NCBI GenBank assembly: GCA_964016885.1
Contig: OZ024740.1
Coordinates: 309,814,001 to 309,878,000, forward strand
Reading direction: 5' to 3'
DNA: 64,000 bases
Source: Eledone cirrhosa
Taxonomy: Eukaryota
Shown here: positions 37,690 to 59,608 of the stretch, piece after piece
How positions within the stretch are numbered: position 1 is the first letter of the stretch
Layout of the letters: every line of letters starts with the position of its first letter
Program-made: the position numbers and the translations under genes
Notes under the pieces: model-generated
The model's database searches: none
What the model saw: only the letters and a program-made list of their open reading frames with translations
What the model was told of the DNA's origin: nothing

Positions 37690-40378
37690 CATTTTCATCA
37701 CCTCATGTGCATCTAAAATGGCAAACACATACACGCACCACAGAACAGTATAGCAAAAAGCAAAATAGAATGGAAGCCCAGCAACTGGGAGAAAAATCTG
37801 CAAATGGCTTGCGTAAGCTCATGCAGCGCTCATGTAATGGAGATATTGCATGCTTTCCAAACAGACAAGCCTGGCAGAAAGTCGGTGGACAGTCTATCAA
37901 ACTACATCCAGGTAATGCAACCCCACATCACTAACACAAGAGAAGTAACACCACAAGAGCATGAGGATAGGGAGAAAACCCTCAACGTTCATATGATGAT
38001 GTAGACAAACATAATGCAGCCCAATAAAAGGACTGCCAATAACTTCCAGGCCTGGAACAATGACGTGCCAGCGTTGTATGGGCTTCGAAAGACCATAAGA
38101 CGAACAGTGACCCAGTCACAGGACGACCAACACGGCCAGTCTGTGGAGCTAACATTGCTAGTAACTACAGACTTTCCTACTTCCTCTGCCTGATCATACG
38201 CCCCATCATCGAAATGTACCCGGATATATCCGACAGCACGGAGGACCTCCTCAGCTGAATCAGCGAAAATAATTGATCTAGGGACCTAACAGACTGTATA
38301 ATAGGTAGTATGGATGTTGTGTCCCTGTATCCATCCATTGACGTGGATTTTTTTGTGGAGAGATGCGTAGAAATGATCAGTGAGAGCAATGTTGAATTCC
38401 ATGGGATTGATACCAGTAAGCTGGGACTCCTACTTAAACTTACTTATAGTAATGAATATCTAGATACGTATGACCTTAGCAACCTCTGCCTCACCAGGCC
38501 AGCAAGAGGCAGACCACCTACCATTACCTCAATAGCCAAGAAAACCCACACAGAAAGATGGAACGGGTGGACCAGAGCCATACGTACCCCCGCAAACCAT
38601 GATGAACTAAAGAAAATGATAGCACATGCGGTGGGGGCTAGTATAAAACTAACCCTTAAGGAACATATGTTCAAATTTAATGGAAAAACATATGCCCAAA
38701 GGAGGGAGCAGCCATTAGTGTTAGCATTGCAGGTGACATAGTTAACCTATTCATGGTATGGTGGGACAATAAACTTAAAGAACAATTAGAAGACAGCAAC
38801 CTCTTAACCCTGATAATGTACTCTCGCTACGTTGATGATATAAATATCGTAGTAAAAACACCCCACTAGAGAACAGTCAGGAATTAGAGAAAAACACCAT
38901 GGACAGCCTCCAGCAAATAGATGACTCCATCCACCAGTGTATTAGAGTTACTATAGACTACGCAAGCAAACACCCCAACCATCGATTACCTGTACTAGAC
39001 AAAGAACTCTGGTTAGAAACCATTAATAACAAAAACAAATCCTCCATTCCCATTATGCCAAACCCATGACTTCCAAATATCTGATCCACAGAAACTCACC
39101 TCGTTCGGTTTAGTACGGGTGATGAGAAACGTATCCCGCATGTGCAACCCCAAAGAACTAGAGAGACACATACAACACTTCATCCACCGTATGCAGTTCT
39201 CTGGTTACAGTCAGAGAGATAACATCAGAGTATATAGAGGAGCCAGAACCAAATGGGAAAAAATGGGAAATAATGATACAAGTGGGACCTGGCCCTTGTA
39301 TAGGAGCAAATTTTGGAATAGAATAGAAAGAACTAGGAATAAGGTTAATAGAATAAACTCATTGTATGATAGCAATAAATACCAGAGTGTAATGTTCATC
39401 AATGCAACCCCTAGAGGTGAACTAGCTTACAAATTTAGAAGTGCAATAGATAAACTTAAACTAAATATTAAGATAGTAGAAAGACCAGGTACCTCCATAA
39501 AAACACTTATTAGTAATACATACCCTTTTCAAAGACCTCCCTGTATAGATAAGATATGCATAATCTGTAAACTTAGCCCCCATATTAACTGTAAAACTAG
39601 AAACATAGTATATAGCATAAGATGTACTGACGGACAATGTAAAGATAAGAATATAGTGTACATAGGTGAGACAGCTCGTAGTATAGGAGAACGATTAAAT
39701 GAACACTGGCGAGAGCTTCAATGGTGAAAAGAATCATCAGTACTCCACCAACATGCTAAAATAGAACATAAGGGCAAATTAGATAACATAGAAATAAAAA
39801 TAAAATCTACGCACAGAAAAGACGCAATGTTTAGACAAATCACAGAGGCAATTAACATAAATGAACTCCAACCAAAATTAAATAGAAAACATGAATGGAA
39901 TAGCAACATCACAACTTACAATTAAGGACAAAATGAAAACACACACACATAGAACAAACAACCAACCAGTAACATGTAAATACACAAATAAATAAACAAA
40001 TAAAAACACACACAGACACCCGGATGTAACACATGCGCAAACTAAGCACACAACACACACAAAAACAAGATGGCGTAGGACAGAACAAAGGAGAGGCACA
40101 AAACAAAGAAAAGAATCCCCAGTCACTGAAGAGATCACAGAATGTGTGACGAAAGAACTTTGACAATATATGAACAACCGTCCGGTTGTGGAACCAACCA
40201 ACCCACCGGAAATTTATAAATTTGTCAATTTATAATTTAGTTTATAATAAATAGGAGTGAAAGCACCTGGTGCGTATGCTTCTTATTGGCAACATGGCCC
40301 TCCCAAAGTATAACAGTATCGGTTTCAGCACACGATATTTCAGATAAAGAATCTTGTTAAACAAATTCAGAAACAAAA
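37690..40378 (+). mobile_element. PLE D (non-Naiad), long degenerate copy with RT + GIY-YIG
   Basis: MDVVSLYPSI, RYVDD (~38825), LPVLD, and IVYSIRC...YIGETARS; many stops and frameshifts; hammerhead motif at ~40121-40164; ends in (TA)n. Confidence 0.88.
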
Positions 40379-40984
40379 TATATATATATATATATATATA
40401 TAGATATATCTGTCTATATATTTAAGAAGGATAACCGAATATATAAGGATCGAAACTGCAACGTTGGTTAATTTATTTGGAGGTTTCTAGTGTGAGACTC
40501 AAATAAATATCTAGCGAAACGGACAATATCATTGAAATCTCGCAAATTATATTCCACTGTGTTTAAAATATTTACTCAATTACATGTAAATGGAAATGCT
40601 AATTAAACATTTAAGAACCTTCCAGAACAAAATCATGACATAACGATATATGACAGATTCTCGGTCTCTTCTCATGAGATACAGTAATATCACATTCCAT
40701 TTCATAAGAAAGGGTTTGTCATAACTTTTATTATGATTTTGTGTAATTCACAAAGAAGAATTATCATCTAATACATTTTAATCTATAATATACATTCACC
40801 GTTGTACATTGCACATGATATAATTTTGATATAATTTTGAAACAGCGGATGCAAGGCTGCACAACAGGCGTAGAGAAATCTGTTTCACTATAATCTGTAG
40901 CCATCTTCATATAAGATAGTTGAAATTCTTTTCCCCAGCCCTCCTCATTACTACCCGAAACCCGTACAGGGTCGCACACCCTGA

Positions 40985-41120
40985 TTTGCAGTATAGAGTT
41001 ACATCCCTTTACGGTTTGACTTCAACTCCCGCCGAAGTTAAATTTGCCTTTCATCCTTACGGGGTCGATAATGTACTGGCATAATTGCTGGTCTTGTTCC
41101 AAAACGCAGAAACAATTATT
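40985..41120 (+). mobile_element. Partial SINE
   Basis: tttgcctttcatccttacggggtcgata core and the SINE 3' end. Confidence 0.7.
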
Positions 41121-42260
41121 AAATTAAGATGTTTAATTGAAAAATGATTATAATAACTATTATTTCCTTTTATTGTCTTTGAATATTCGTATTACATGCT
41201 TTACTTACGGATCACATCTCAGTTTTCACAATGTTTTAAAAGTACACTATGCAATATATTTTTATTGCTTAACACTACCATTTTGCTTTATATCTATGTG
41301 CGTATGGCAAAGGATTCGGTTAACTATATATTTGAATATAAAGGAAAACATACATCGTGTATTCTTGAACTACAAGAATAATTCTAGCTGGCTATCATCT
41401 GAAGCATTCAATTAAGGAAAATACGTATACAAAACCCTTACAGAGGATCTTCTTATTGCATTCACATCAGGTTTCTGCATGGCTAAGATTTGTGTTCCAC
41501 TATACGACCATAAGATGACTTCTATAGTGGAATACCTTACACAACCGAAATTGCTAAGCACATAACTATATTTTGAAATATCAATTTCTTTCGATGATTT
41601 AACGCAGATCATCATATAATAGAGTTCAGAATTCAGCAGAGATTGTACTCCATTAAATATAAAATTTCAAGTCCCTACATATGACTGCTCTGCATATAAC
41701 AACACAGAAATGTGCCATCAATACATCGTATTTGACAAAAACCAGTTTGAAGCATTACATGCAAATGCTAAAGCCAATCTCACACACGTGACGTTTGAGA
41801 ATTTTCTCATCCCTTTGCAAAAGTCAGAAGGGTATGTTTTTAGAACCAAAATTGGACGACAAGATTCAATTATCTGAAGCAAGTATTGAAAAGATCAATG
41901 AATTTAAGAGCTTTACATATCGAAGATAGAGCAAACAATTAAGGGGGAAAGCTATTATTAAATTAAAAACAAAATCCGCGCGGTCGTACATAGAACTATG
42001 AAATAGAACAACAGGGATATATTGCGTACAAAACCTATTTTATTGTGCATGCATTAGCAAAAACAGCATTTTTAGTATAATGGAAAATGTCCAATGAAAT
42101 TGTTAGCAGGAAAACAGGAACATGTCAAAACTAAAAGCCAAATTCTCGTAGAAAGCAGTAAACACGGGAAATACATACTTACGAAATATTTCTGGTAAAC
42201 ACCCAACTGTTTCAAGTCAATCCTATAACTATCAGACAATATTGTCTGATGATCCTGTGA

Positions 42261-42310
<50 letters not shown>

Positions 42311-42314
<4 letters not shown>

Positions 42315-44950
42315 TTAGCAAAAACTCACAATTTAGCAAAAACTCACAATATTACAATCAAGCATTAGCTAGCTCCGGCCATAATATAGAAATTGAGTTC
42401 CTACCTAAGAAAACACATAGCTACAACATCATCTCGCACAACATGTCCATGAGGAAATCTAATAATAGGAATAGCAACCACAAGTGCACCAAAGCGGAGG
42501 GTGCCACCGGAAGTAACCATTACCATGGAAACTACTGTGAGGCCTTAGGAGGAAGCAACACACCAAACACTAAAAGCAAAAATAGAAGAAGAAATAATAC
42601 ATTTTTCAACCCTCCTTTCAACCTAAATGTCTCCACCAACATACCTAGGGCTTTCTTCTCACTACTAGATAAAAACTTCCCTCTAGGACACAAGTACCAC
42701 AACCTCTTAAACAAAAACACCATTAAAATCTCTTACTCTACGACGCCTAACTTAGCATACCACATAGCTAGCAGCAATAATAGTAAAATTAGTTCTTACT
42801 TCCAACAAACAAAATCACAACGGGATGCAAACCCTCTAAATACCACTGTAGCAAGCAACAATAGCAACGGCAGTAACAATAGAAATAACACTAGTATAAG
42901 TAATAACACCAGGGTTGTCAACCCGAACACCCAAAATCCTATATCACCCACACAGACTTCCGCATTGCATTATAACCAGCGGACTAACGCACAGAATAAT
43001 TGTAACTGTAGAGCTAATAGAACCTGCCCTTTAGATAAAAAATGCCTAACCAAGGATGTCATATACTCATGCACAGTCACGACTAATAACTCTTCAGAAA
43101 CCTATGTAGGCTCCACTTCTAACTGCTTCAAAATCAGATATAACTCGCACATCCACTCGTTCAAAAAGCACAGCCTAGCCAACTCCACCTCACTTTCTAG
43201 CTACATACACTATCTAAAATCTAAAAATAAACCATACACACTCAAATGGGAAGTGATAGGCAGCGTGACCTCGTACAAACCACCTAATAAATTCTGTAAC
43301 CTCTGTATACTAGAGACACACAATATTATCTTCTCCAACCGTAACCTACTTAACAAAAAATCTGAGGTGTTTGCAACTTGCCAGCACCGCCTCAGACATT
43401 CCTTCCAAAACTTTAAGCCCTATATATAGCAATGTCGGACTGGAACCCAACACCACATCTAGCATCAAACACCAGAGACACACCCTATACTACATACCCA
43501 ACACTAGCTGATCCATTATAACACAAACAACGACATCCCTCTGGAACCCTTCGCAGGGAAAATACCCATTTATACCTCTACGGCAGGTGTGACAACATCC
43601 ACCCACTTGGACGGCACTACACCGCTCTAAGGGTAATTTGAGCATGAATTGATCGGTTGGATGGTGTTGGGCAGAGGAAACACCTTCCTTAGACAGATGT
43701 AAAATGATTTAATCGAGTAGCGCTGTTGACCAGTAGGACCGGGCTGCGGAGCGCAGTGAGTGAATGCAATGCAACTGCCGTGCGGGTTGTACGTATATGG
43801 ATGATCTGACGGTCAGAGAGGGGTCGCGAGGACTGCGGATTGACCTTTGGCCTGCCTGGGGACGATTATCTTTCGACATCCAATGTAGCAAGTGATGACC
43901 CAGATCTTACCAGAGATCATTGGGTCCTGAAGCAATCCTGCAATCACCGCGCCTGGCCATATGAGCAGACTACAACCACAGAGATCATTAATTTAGAATC
44001 CTCGCTCATCATCTATAATTTCCATTTGTAGCACCTTATGATGGGTTAATCCACCTTAATAATAATATGATCACCTTCAGCATAATTTAGTTAAACTACT
44101 CTATAGTTAGTACACTTTATGCTTTAAAAGTCTCTCTTGGAAGGTGCACCTCACCATAGAATTTAGGGTCTATATTGGGACACATTTTAATGGCTAGATA
44201 TGGAAACCCCAGAGTTACCTACCCGCATGCATTAACTCCCCTTAGCCACACACACACTTCCGGTATTCAATGGCGTTTCTCGAAACGTAACAACCTCCTG
44301 TATCGAACTAAAGAACACCAGACTACGATCTCTAACTGGATTGTCGTGGATTATGTGAAAGGCATATAATCGAAATATACACTCCCTTGACCATGAAAAT
44401 GCCGAAGTACATGAATTACTTGACATCCCTGCGCTGTGCATCTCCAATACTTATAACACTTTTAATGCTTACACTATCTTTAATGCTTATAATATTTCTC
44501 CACACACAGACTACATCAATCATATAAAGACTTTGCCACCAGATCTACCAACCTAACACTCTTATTTACCTACCTAAGTGCCTCTACCACACATATCTCT
44601 CTGCCACACTATATAAACAAGACGCACATGCGTGCCACACATATAACATTTGCACTATATAACCACTTATCTTCATGTTGTACTTTAACCTATATCTTTG
44701 ATTTTTGATTGTACCTATTAATATAAATGTAATCTCGAAGTGTGTACTGCCACTCTAAATTCTGTAATGAATGTTGACCCACAATGTTTGAATATGTATC
44801 AATGTTTGAATATGTATTGGTATGTCTCTCGGCTGAAAAGGAGGTCATATAACTGTCCATGCATTAATAAATTGCTCCGAAGAATCCAAACCTCGGTTTG
44901 GAGGAAACAGCTGTAAGCACAATAATGTTTTGAACAGTTCTTTGATTCTT

Positions 44951-44960
<10 letters not shown>
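42311..44960 (+). mobile_element. Naiad-like PLE C, 5'-truncated (thumb/linker + GIY-YIG to 43429) with a ~1.5-kb 3' region
   Basis: YYNQALASSG, FFNPPF, IKISYS, CNCR..CPLDKKCL, VIYSC...YVGST..FKIRYNSH, CNLCILE; (TA)n on both flanks. Confidence 0.88.
44873..44919 (+). ncRNA. Hammerhead motif (family 6, CCGAAGA core variant) at the end of element C
   Basis: TGCT-CCGAAGA-aTCCAAACctcgGTTTGGAg-GAAA-cagctg-TA-AGCA. Confidence 0.7.
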
Positions 44961-44995
<35 letters not shown>

Positions 44996-45205
44996 AGGAT
45001 GAATATAAAATGAAAGTGCTTTTGTTAAAAAAGGAATTTATTAGGTATTGACATATGTTTCTGTAACAGACCGAATACCTATGTATCGCTGCTTGCGTAA
45101 TCTACATTTCTCCGGAATATAATTTATACTCGTTGAGCAAACCTGCACGTACGCTGTTCATCTCTAACGTAACGATATATTATCACTACATTATTGATAA
45201 CCTGA

Positions 45206-45245
<40 letters not shown>

Positions 45246-45561
45246 GGCCATCTTGTTACTCATAGGCAGATATCACATAATGCAGCCTCGACAGAATAAT
45301 ATTGCTCGCCTATGGCAGACAATAGATATACCCAGGACACCATAGTTAAATACCAATATATGGAACATTATATTCATGTAACTATCTTTTTTTACATTAA
45401 TTTATATTGCTTTTGAAGATCCGATGAACTGTTCCAATTTTACCTAAGTTAATTATCTTCAACTGAACCAGATCAATAATGATCTATAATCATTTGATCC
45501 AGAAACATTATATGGAGTAGCGAAACAATTGTAAACGGACATTATTAGTATTATTATTATT

Positions 45562-45750
45562 AGGGTGGTGGTTTGGCAGTATCGGTAGAGGGTCGAACAA
45601 CATGCTTGTAGCACAGAGTTACGCCCCTTTCTGATCTGAGTTCAAATGCTGCCGAGGTTAACTTCGCCTTTCATCCTTACGGGGTCGATAAAATAAAGTA
45701 CCAGTAATGCACTGGGTAATTGCTGGTCTTGTGCCAAAAGTAGAAACTAT
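45562..45750 (+). mobile_element. SINE
   Basis: Full head, core and tail match. Confidence 0.88.
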
Positions 45751-45874
45751 TATGATTATTATTCTTTACATTCCTTACATTAAACTAAAACTATGTTGAC
45801 AATCTTTTAATAATGTCTTCCTTGTAAAATGTGTGGTCTTGCTTTGCTTAACTAATGAATATATATATATACAT

Positions 45875-45907
<33 letters not shown>

Positions 45908-45911
45908 CATA

Positions 45912-46341
45912 CAATGATATTAAATAAATGGAAACTATATTTATAAAACCACATTTATTCTATTATATATATTTCAAGGGTACCAAAACTTTGGTACGCT
46001 TTCATCAGATAGAATACAAAGTTTGTTTTATAAATTTTGACATAACCAAGAAAGGATACCTTAACGGTTCAAGTTTTCCTTGGATAACTTGAACCGTTGA
46101 GGTAATTTTTCTTGATTATGTCAAAATTTATAAAACAAACTTTGTATTTTATCTGATAAAAGCGTACCAAAGTTTTGGTGCCCTTGAAATATATATAATA
46201 GAATAAATATGGTTTTATAAATATAGTTTCCATTTATTTAATATCATTGAATATTATACTCCAGAAATCCTGTCGAGTGCTCTGGATCAGTTATAAACAT
46301 TTATATTTGTTGAATTACCAACAAATTGAATATCCCTTTTG

Positions 46342-46343
<2 letters not shown>
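45912..46343. mobile_element. Family 3 palindromic insertion (~165-bp arms plus ~95-nt tail)
   Basis: 45912-46075 is the reverse complement of 46085-46249; hammerhead in each arm (left core CTGATGA, right CTGATAA). Confidence 0.82.
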
Positions 46344-46397
<54 letters not shown>

Positions 46398-46692
46398 AAT
46401 GTATATATAGTGTATTTTGCAATACACTGTATGCTTAATTAAAAGCATTTTGAAGACCATACGCTATTGTTTTAAAATAGTGACAATGTCACTTATTTAA
46501 ATTTTCAGCAAACAGATGAGATAAACTGACAGAGCTCTGTTTCGTACTTGTTGGCACTTATCAAAGCTCACTACTCCTCCTGTTTCCTGAAAATTACGTG
46601 TGTTGGATTCTTATAGAATTCCAGTAATAATCAGGAATTGATTATACATAGCCGTCGCCTGTCCAGCAGAAATTGAAAATTAGAATTGGTTC

Positions 46693-47633
46693 TCTAGGGC
46701 CCTTCTAAATTTGTAAGCTAATTCACCTCTAGACGTGAATTAGCTTACAAATTTAGAAGGGCCCTAGATAAAGATAAACTCAATATTAAGATAGTAGAAA
46801 GACCAGATACTTCCATAAAAACACTTATTAGCAAGACATACCCTTTTCAAAGACCCCCCTGTATAGATAAGAAATATATAACCTGTAAATTAAGCTCCCA
46901 TATTAACTGTAAAACTAGAAATGTAGTATATAGCATAAGATGTACTGAAGGACTATGTAGAGACAAAAATATAGTGTACATAGGTGAGACAGCTCGTAGT
47001 ATAGGGGACCGGATAAATGAACACTGGCGAGACCTTCAAGATAGTAAAGAATCATCTGTACTCTACCAACATGCTAAAATAGAACATAAGGGTAAATTAG
47101 AGAACATAGAAATAAAAATAGAATCTACACACAGAAAAGACGCAATGTTTAGACAAATCTCAGAGGCAATAAACATAAAAGAATTACAACCAGAATTAAA
47201 TAGAAAGCATGACTGCAACAGTAACATCACAACTTACAATTAAGGACAAAATGAAAACACACACGCACATAGAACAAACAACCAACCTGTAACATGTAAA
47301 TAAACAAATAAATAAACGAATATAAACACACACAGACACACGGATGTGGCGCATGCGCGGACTGAGCACACAACACACACACAGAAACAAGATGGCGTAA
47401 GACAGAACAAAGGAGAGGCACAAAACAAAGAAAAGAATCCCCAGTCACTGAAGAGGTCACAGAATGTGTGACGAAAGAACTTTGACAATATATAAACAAC
47501 CATCTGGTTGTGGAACCAACCAACCAACCGGAAATTTATAAATTCCTAAATTTATAATTTAGTTTATAATAAATTGAAGTGAAAGCAACTGGTGCGTGTG
47601 TTTCTTATTGGCAACATGACCCTCCCAAAGTAT

Positions 47634-47640
<7 letters not shown>
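46693..47640 (+). mobile_element. 5'-truncated PLE D copy with a fold-back hairpin at the truncation point
   Basis: GIY-YIG ORF to 47243; 3' UTR as in the other D copies; hammerhead motif at ~47443-47486; hairpin 46693-46768. Confidence 0.88.
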
Positions 47641-55351
<7,711 letters not shown>

Positions 55352-55416
55352 TATATATATACACATACATATATATACATTTTTATATATATATGTGTAT
55401 ATATATATGTGTGTAT

Positions 55417-56235
55417 ATATAAAATAAACATATGGAACAATCACAGGGAATAATTTGTAAAGTATGTAAGCACACATAGCTAGGTAGGTAACCAATTAAA
55501 GTTTACCTAGAACTTCAAATATAGATACCTTTTAAAATGATTAAACTCCTTTGTATATATTTCTTTAAATAAAAAAAATATTCCACCAATTAATCAGTAA
55601 ATCACAGTAGTCAAATCCTGGATGGTCACCAAAGAAGAAGATCCAACTATCTTCGTTTACAAAGCAAATGCAAATCTGTGAATGACTCGAACCACGTCTT
55701 GCATTTAAAAGAAATACACACATCGAACAGCGTCATCCCAGTAGCGTGAATAGGATTATCGACAGCTAGAAATAGCAGCCGAGTCCATTCAACTGAGTTA
55801 GCTCTACAATTCAGGGGCCGTATATATATATATCCAAAATTAAATTAAGGGTTGTCATGCTTGAGAGACATGCACCATATCCACTGCAGAATAAGCTCAA
55901 AGATTCCAATGAATAGATCCGAGCATTTCATATCAACTATATATATAAAATAAACATATGGAACAATCACAGGGAATAATTTGTAAAGTATGTAAGCACA
56001 CATAGCTAGGTAGGTAACCAATTAAAGTTTAACTAGAACTTCAAACATAGATACCTTTTAAAATGATTAATCTCCTTTGTATATATTTCTTTAACTAAAA
56101 AATATATTTTACCAATTAATCAGTAAATCACAGTAGTCAAATACTGGATGGTCACCAAAGGAGAAAATCCAACTATCTTACACACTTTACCAAATATTCG
56201 CTGTGATTGTTCCATATGTTTATTTTTTATATATA
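55417..56235. repeat. ~230-bp direct repeat pair plus a short inverted copy of its start
   Basis: ~55417-55653 recurs at ~55940-56179; 56185-56235 is the reverse complement of the repeat start. Confidence 0.7.
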
Positions 56236-57253
56236 TTTTATATATATATATTTTTTTAGTTAAAGAAATATATCGTCAGAGACTAAGAGAAAATACAAAA
56301 TATATGCGTAACGGTAAATTTATAAATTCAAATTAAAACATCAATAATAATATTAATAATAAATATATAGAGAGAAATAAAGGAAGGGGGACATATGGAA
56401 AGGAGGGGGGAGGGAGAAAAACGAAAGAGAAAACGAAAATACAGTTATATGCACAACCCGTAAAATTACGAAACCAAACTATCACATCAAAATAAAAATT
56501 ATATTAATAATAAAGATACAGATTGAAAGAAAAGAGGAGGGGGGGGGGGATAGATGTAGTAAAGGTAGAGAAGAAAAAGAAGGATGAAGAAGGAAACAGA
56601 GAAAGAGATAGAGAAAGATGAAGAAGGAAAAAGAAAAAACATTTAATAATCATCAATAACTACTCACAATAACATTAACAACATTAATATTACTCTTTTA
56701 GTCTCTTCAACGCATTTATTTATTTATTTATTTATTTATTTATTCTCATCTTTACGTTTCAAATATTATACCATTTTATATAACAATAGATGTAAATTGT
56801 TTATTTACTCATCTATCTATTTATTTATTTATTTATCCTTTTATTTATTTATTTATTTGTTTCTATGCTTAAATCACTATTTTTACTTGCTTTCATTCTT
56901 GTATTAACGTATATTCGTCTGTTTGTTTATCTTTCTTCTTCTCTCAATCCTATTTCTGCCTGTATTTATCAACAATTACTCATCCGGTCGCACGCCTTAA
57001 TTCTTCTGTCTTCCACATGATGTCTCTACCTGTTTTTCTTTTTCCATCTTCATCTTTCCCTATCTCTTTGGATTTGTACGCGTGTGTTATATAGTTATAG
57101 AGGTGCGTATATACATTTTCATTTATATTTTTAATTATTGTGTGTCTACTCTGCCTTCCATAGATTATAGACTCCATACACTGGTGGTTTCCCCTTTTTT
57201 ATTGAGGGCGTACTCTCTCTCTCTCTAGTGTGTTTCCTTTTCAACATATTGTA

Positions 57254-57315
<62 letters not shown>

Positions 57316-58009
57316 CTGTGTGTGTGTGTTTATAAATAAAGAGGCATATATATAAATACAGATACAGCGCCAGAACTGATGATCAATTTTTATATACAGA
57401 CTATATATAAATATATATATATTCTGTATATAAAAATTGATCATCAATTCTGTGTTTATATATATGCATCTAGACCTAAGGCGTATAATTTGTGATATTT
57501 TCTGCATTTTTATTAGGATGTCAACTAATTGATTGGTAAGTATTTCAGACCGATCGTTATGATAAATCTCTATAGCAAAGACCCGTAATTCTCACTCATC
57601 TCATGTGTATAACTGAAAATAAATAATAGGTAGCGGAACGTCTTACCGTATCCATTACCTACAAAGTTGCGTAATAGATTAATGTGAGGTGGACAAATCA
57701 ATGGAAAACATAAGAATTAATATGTTAAAATCAAATTAACTACTCATGGAATGTGTAGTGTTGGACGTACATCTATAGAATACATATAACTATTTTTACG
57801 AATTATTATCAAACATATATAATATTCTACAATCATTAATAACAGAAATATTAAAAGTTATACAATATGTATACATGCCGCTGAATCGTAGATTGTGCAG
57901 AGATATTTGGGCCTCATTTTTATCTAAAATACGAAGTTGTTTCAGTATAAACTATTTAATAAATTTTAACATAGACGCAAAATCTGAAATTGTAAGAGAG
58001 ATTAAATAG

Positions 58010-58170
58010 ATCTAGGTGCTTCAGTTGTACTTTATCATCAGTCCCAGAAAGCTTAAAGGCAACGTCGACCTGGTAAGGATTTCAACACTCGATGCAAAGT
58101 GTCGTAGTTAAATACCACAAGATATTTTGTACGATACCCTAACTATTTTGCCACTGAAATGCCTTAATAA
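58010..58170 (-). mobile_element. Highly degenerate SINE
   Basis: aaaggcaacgtcgacctgg...gatttcaacactc resembles the reverse-complement SINE core and B-box. Confidence 0.45.
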
Positions 58171-59423
58171 AGCCGGGATTAAAGAGTGCATTTATTTAAG
58201 TAGAGTGAACTAGCCGGAGGCAACTGTCATCTGTTGGTGAGATTAATGCGTGATCCTGTTTAATAAACCTTGGTTATTCAATGCCATTGGGATTGAAAGA
58301 AAGAGGAAATATGTATAGGGTTTATATCTAGTTACTTTAATATTTAATGAAGTAATTTTATCAGTGTTCATGCAATAGCAAATAACAACAGAGAGAACGT
58401 TGAAAAGAAGTAATTTAGTTATATGAATTTATGTAATCCAGGTCGCTACTCTGAATGCAAAGTTTACTATATTGAATAGGTTGCTAATAAATGATAATCT
58501 ATAGTTTATTAATCAAGATTATGGCGATCTCCAAATCAACATTTCCTTAAGATCTCATGAATATTATTAATTTAATCGTATCGTCGAAAAAGTTCTAATG
58601 CATCTGCTAATTAGATTCATTTGTATAATCGAGAGCAATATTCTAATCTGCTTTTCCCCGAAGTGTTAATCAATTTTTTCCTATTATTTCGCAAAAAATA
58701 ATTCAAGACTGAAGCCTAAATTTTCGAAAATCTGAGAAGGCTTCGTAATTGAAATGAATATTATTTAGTTAGTTAGTCGCCTATAACATAATGGTAGTAG
58801 ACGCTGGCGGGATGTTAAAGCAGCAGGAAGACAAATAAGTGCTCAAAAACCTTTTCGGCGCTGTATTAATTCTGACATTGTTTGAACAAAACAAAAATGT
58901 AATTATTAATATTGTAAACAAAGATTTCTAAGATAGGCATGAGGACGAGATCAAGAGAAAGGATAATTAGTTTCTAAATGTTTACAAGTTCGTATATATT
59001 ATATCCCTAATGGGGAAGAGAAAACAGCTGATCTGCTCGGGACTTGAAGGGAGAGCATATACGGAAATAACTAATATTTCAAATGACCTACATATTTAAC
59101 CACTTCAATGTTTAGTGTATTGGAAATAAAGTGTCTGTATATATCATATTGGTACAACGAGAATCGTTGACAGTGCTTTTTTTCTAAAGACACTAGCAAG
59201 ACAAAGATATTGTTATATTTACGAACATTATAAGAATAATCATAGTAGAGTGGGTCTATAAAGATTAGTAGAGCGTTTTAAAAGAGGATAAGTTAACAGA
59301 AGATTGTTTAAACAGAGAATAGTGTATGCTTTGTGAACCTAATTCATGGGAATGTCAACAACATGGTCCCAGTCGTAACCTTAAAGCCATGAATTAATAA
59401 AACAATGTATAAGAATTAATAAT

Positions 59424-59608
59424 TGTTTCTACTTTAGGCACAAGGCCAGCAATTAGCCAGTTCATTACTGGTACTTTATTTTATCGACCCCGTAAGGATG
59501 AAAGGCAAAGTCAACCTCGGCGGGATTTGAACTCAGATCGTAAAGGGACGTAACTATGCTGGAAAGCATGGCGTCCGACCCTCTACCGATACTGCCAATC
59601 CACCGCCC
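59424..59608 (-). mobile_element. Full-length young SINE with an 18-bp target-site duplication
   Basis: TGTATAAGAATTAATAAT at 59406-59423 and 59609-59626. Confidence 0.93.
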
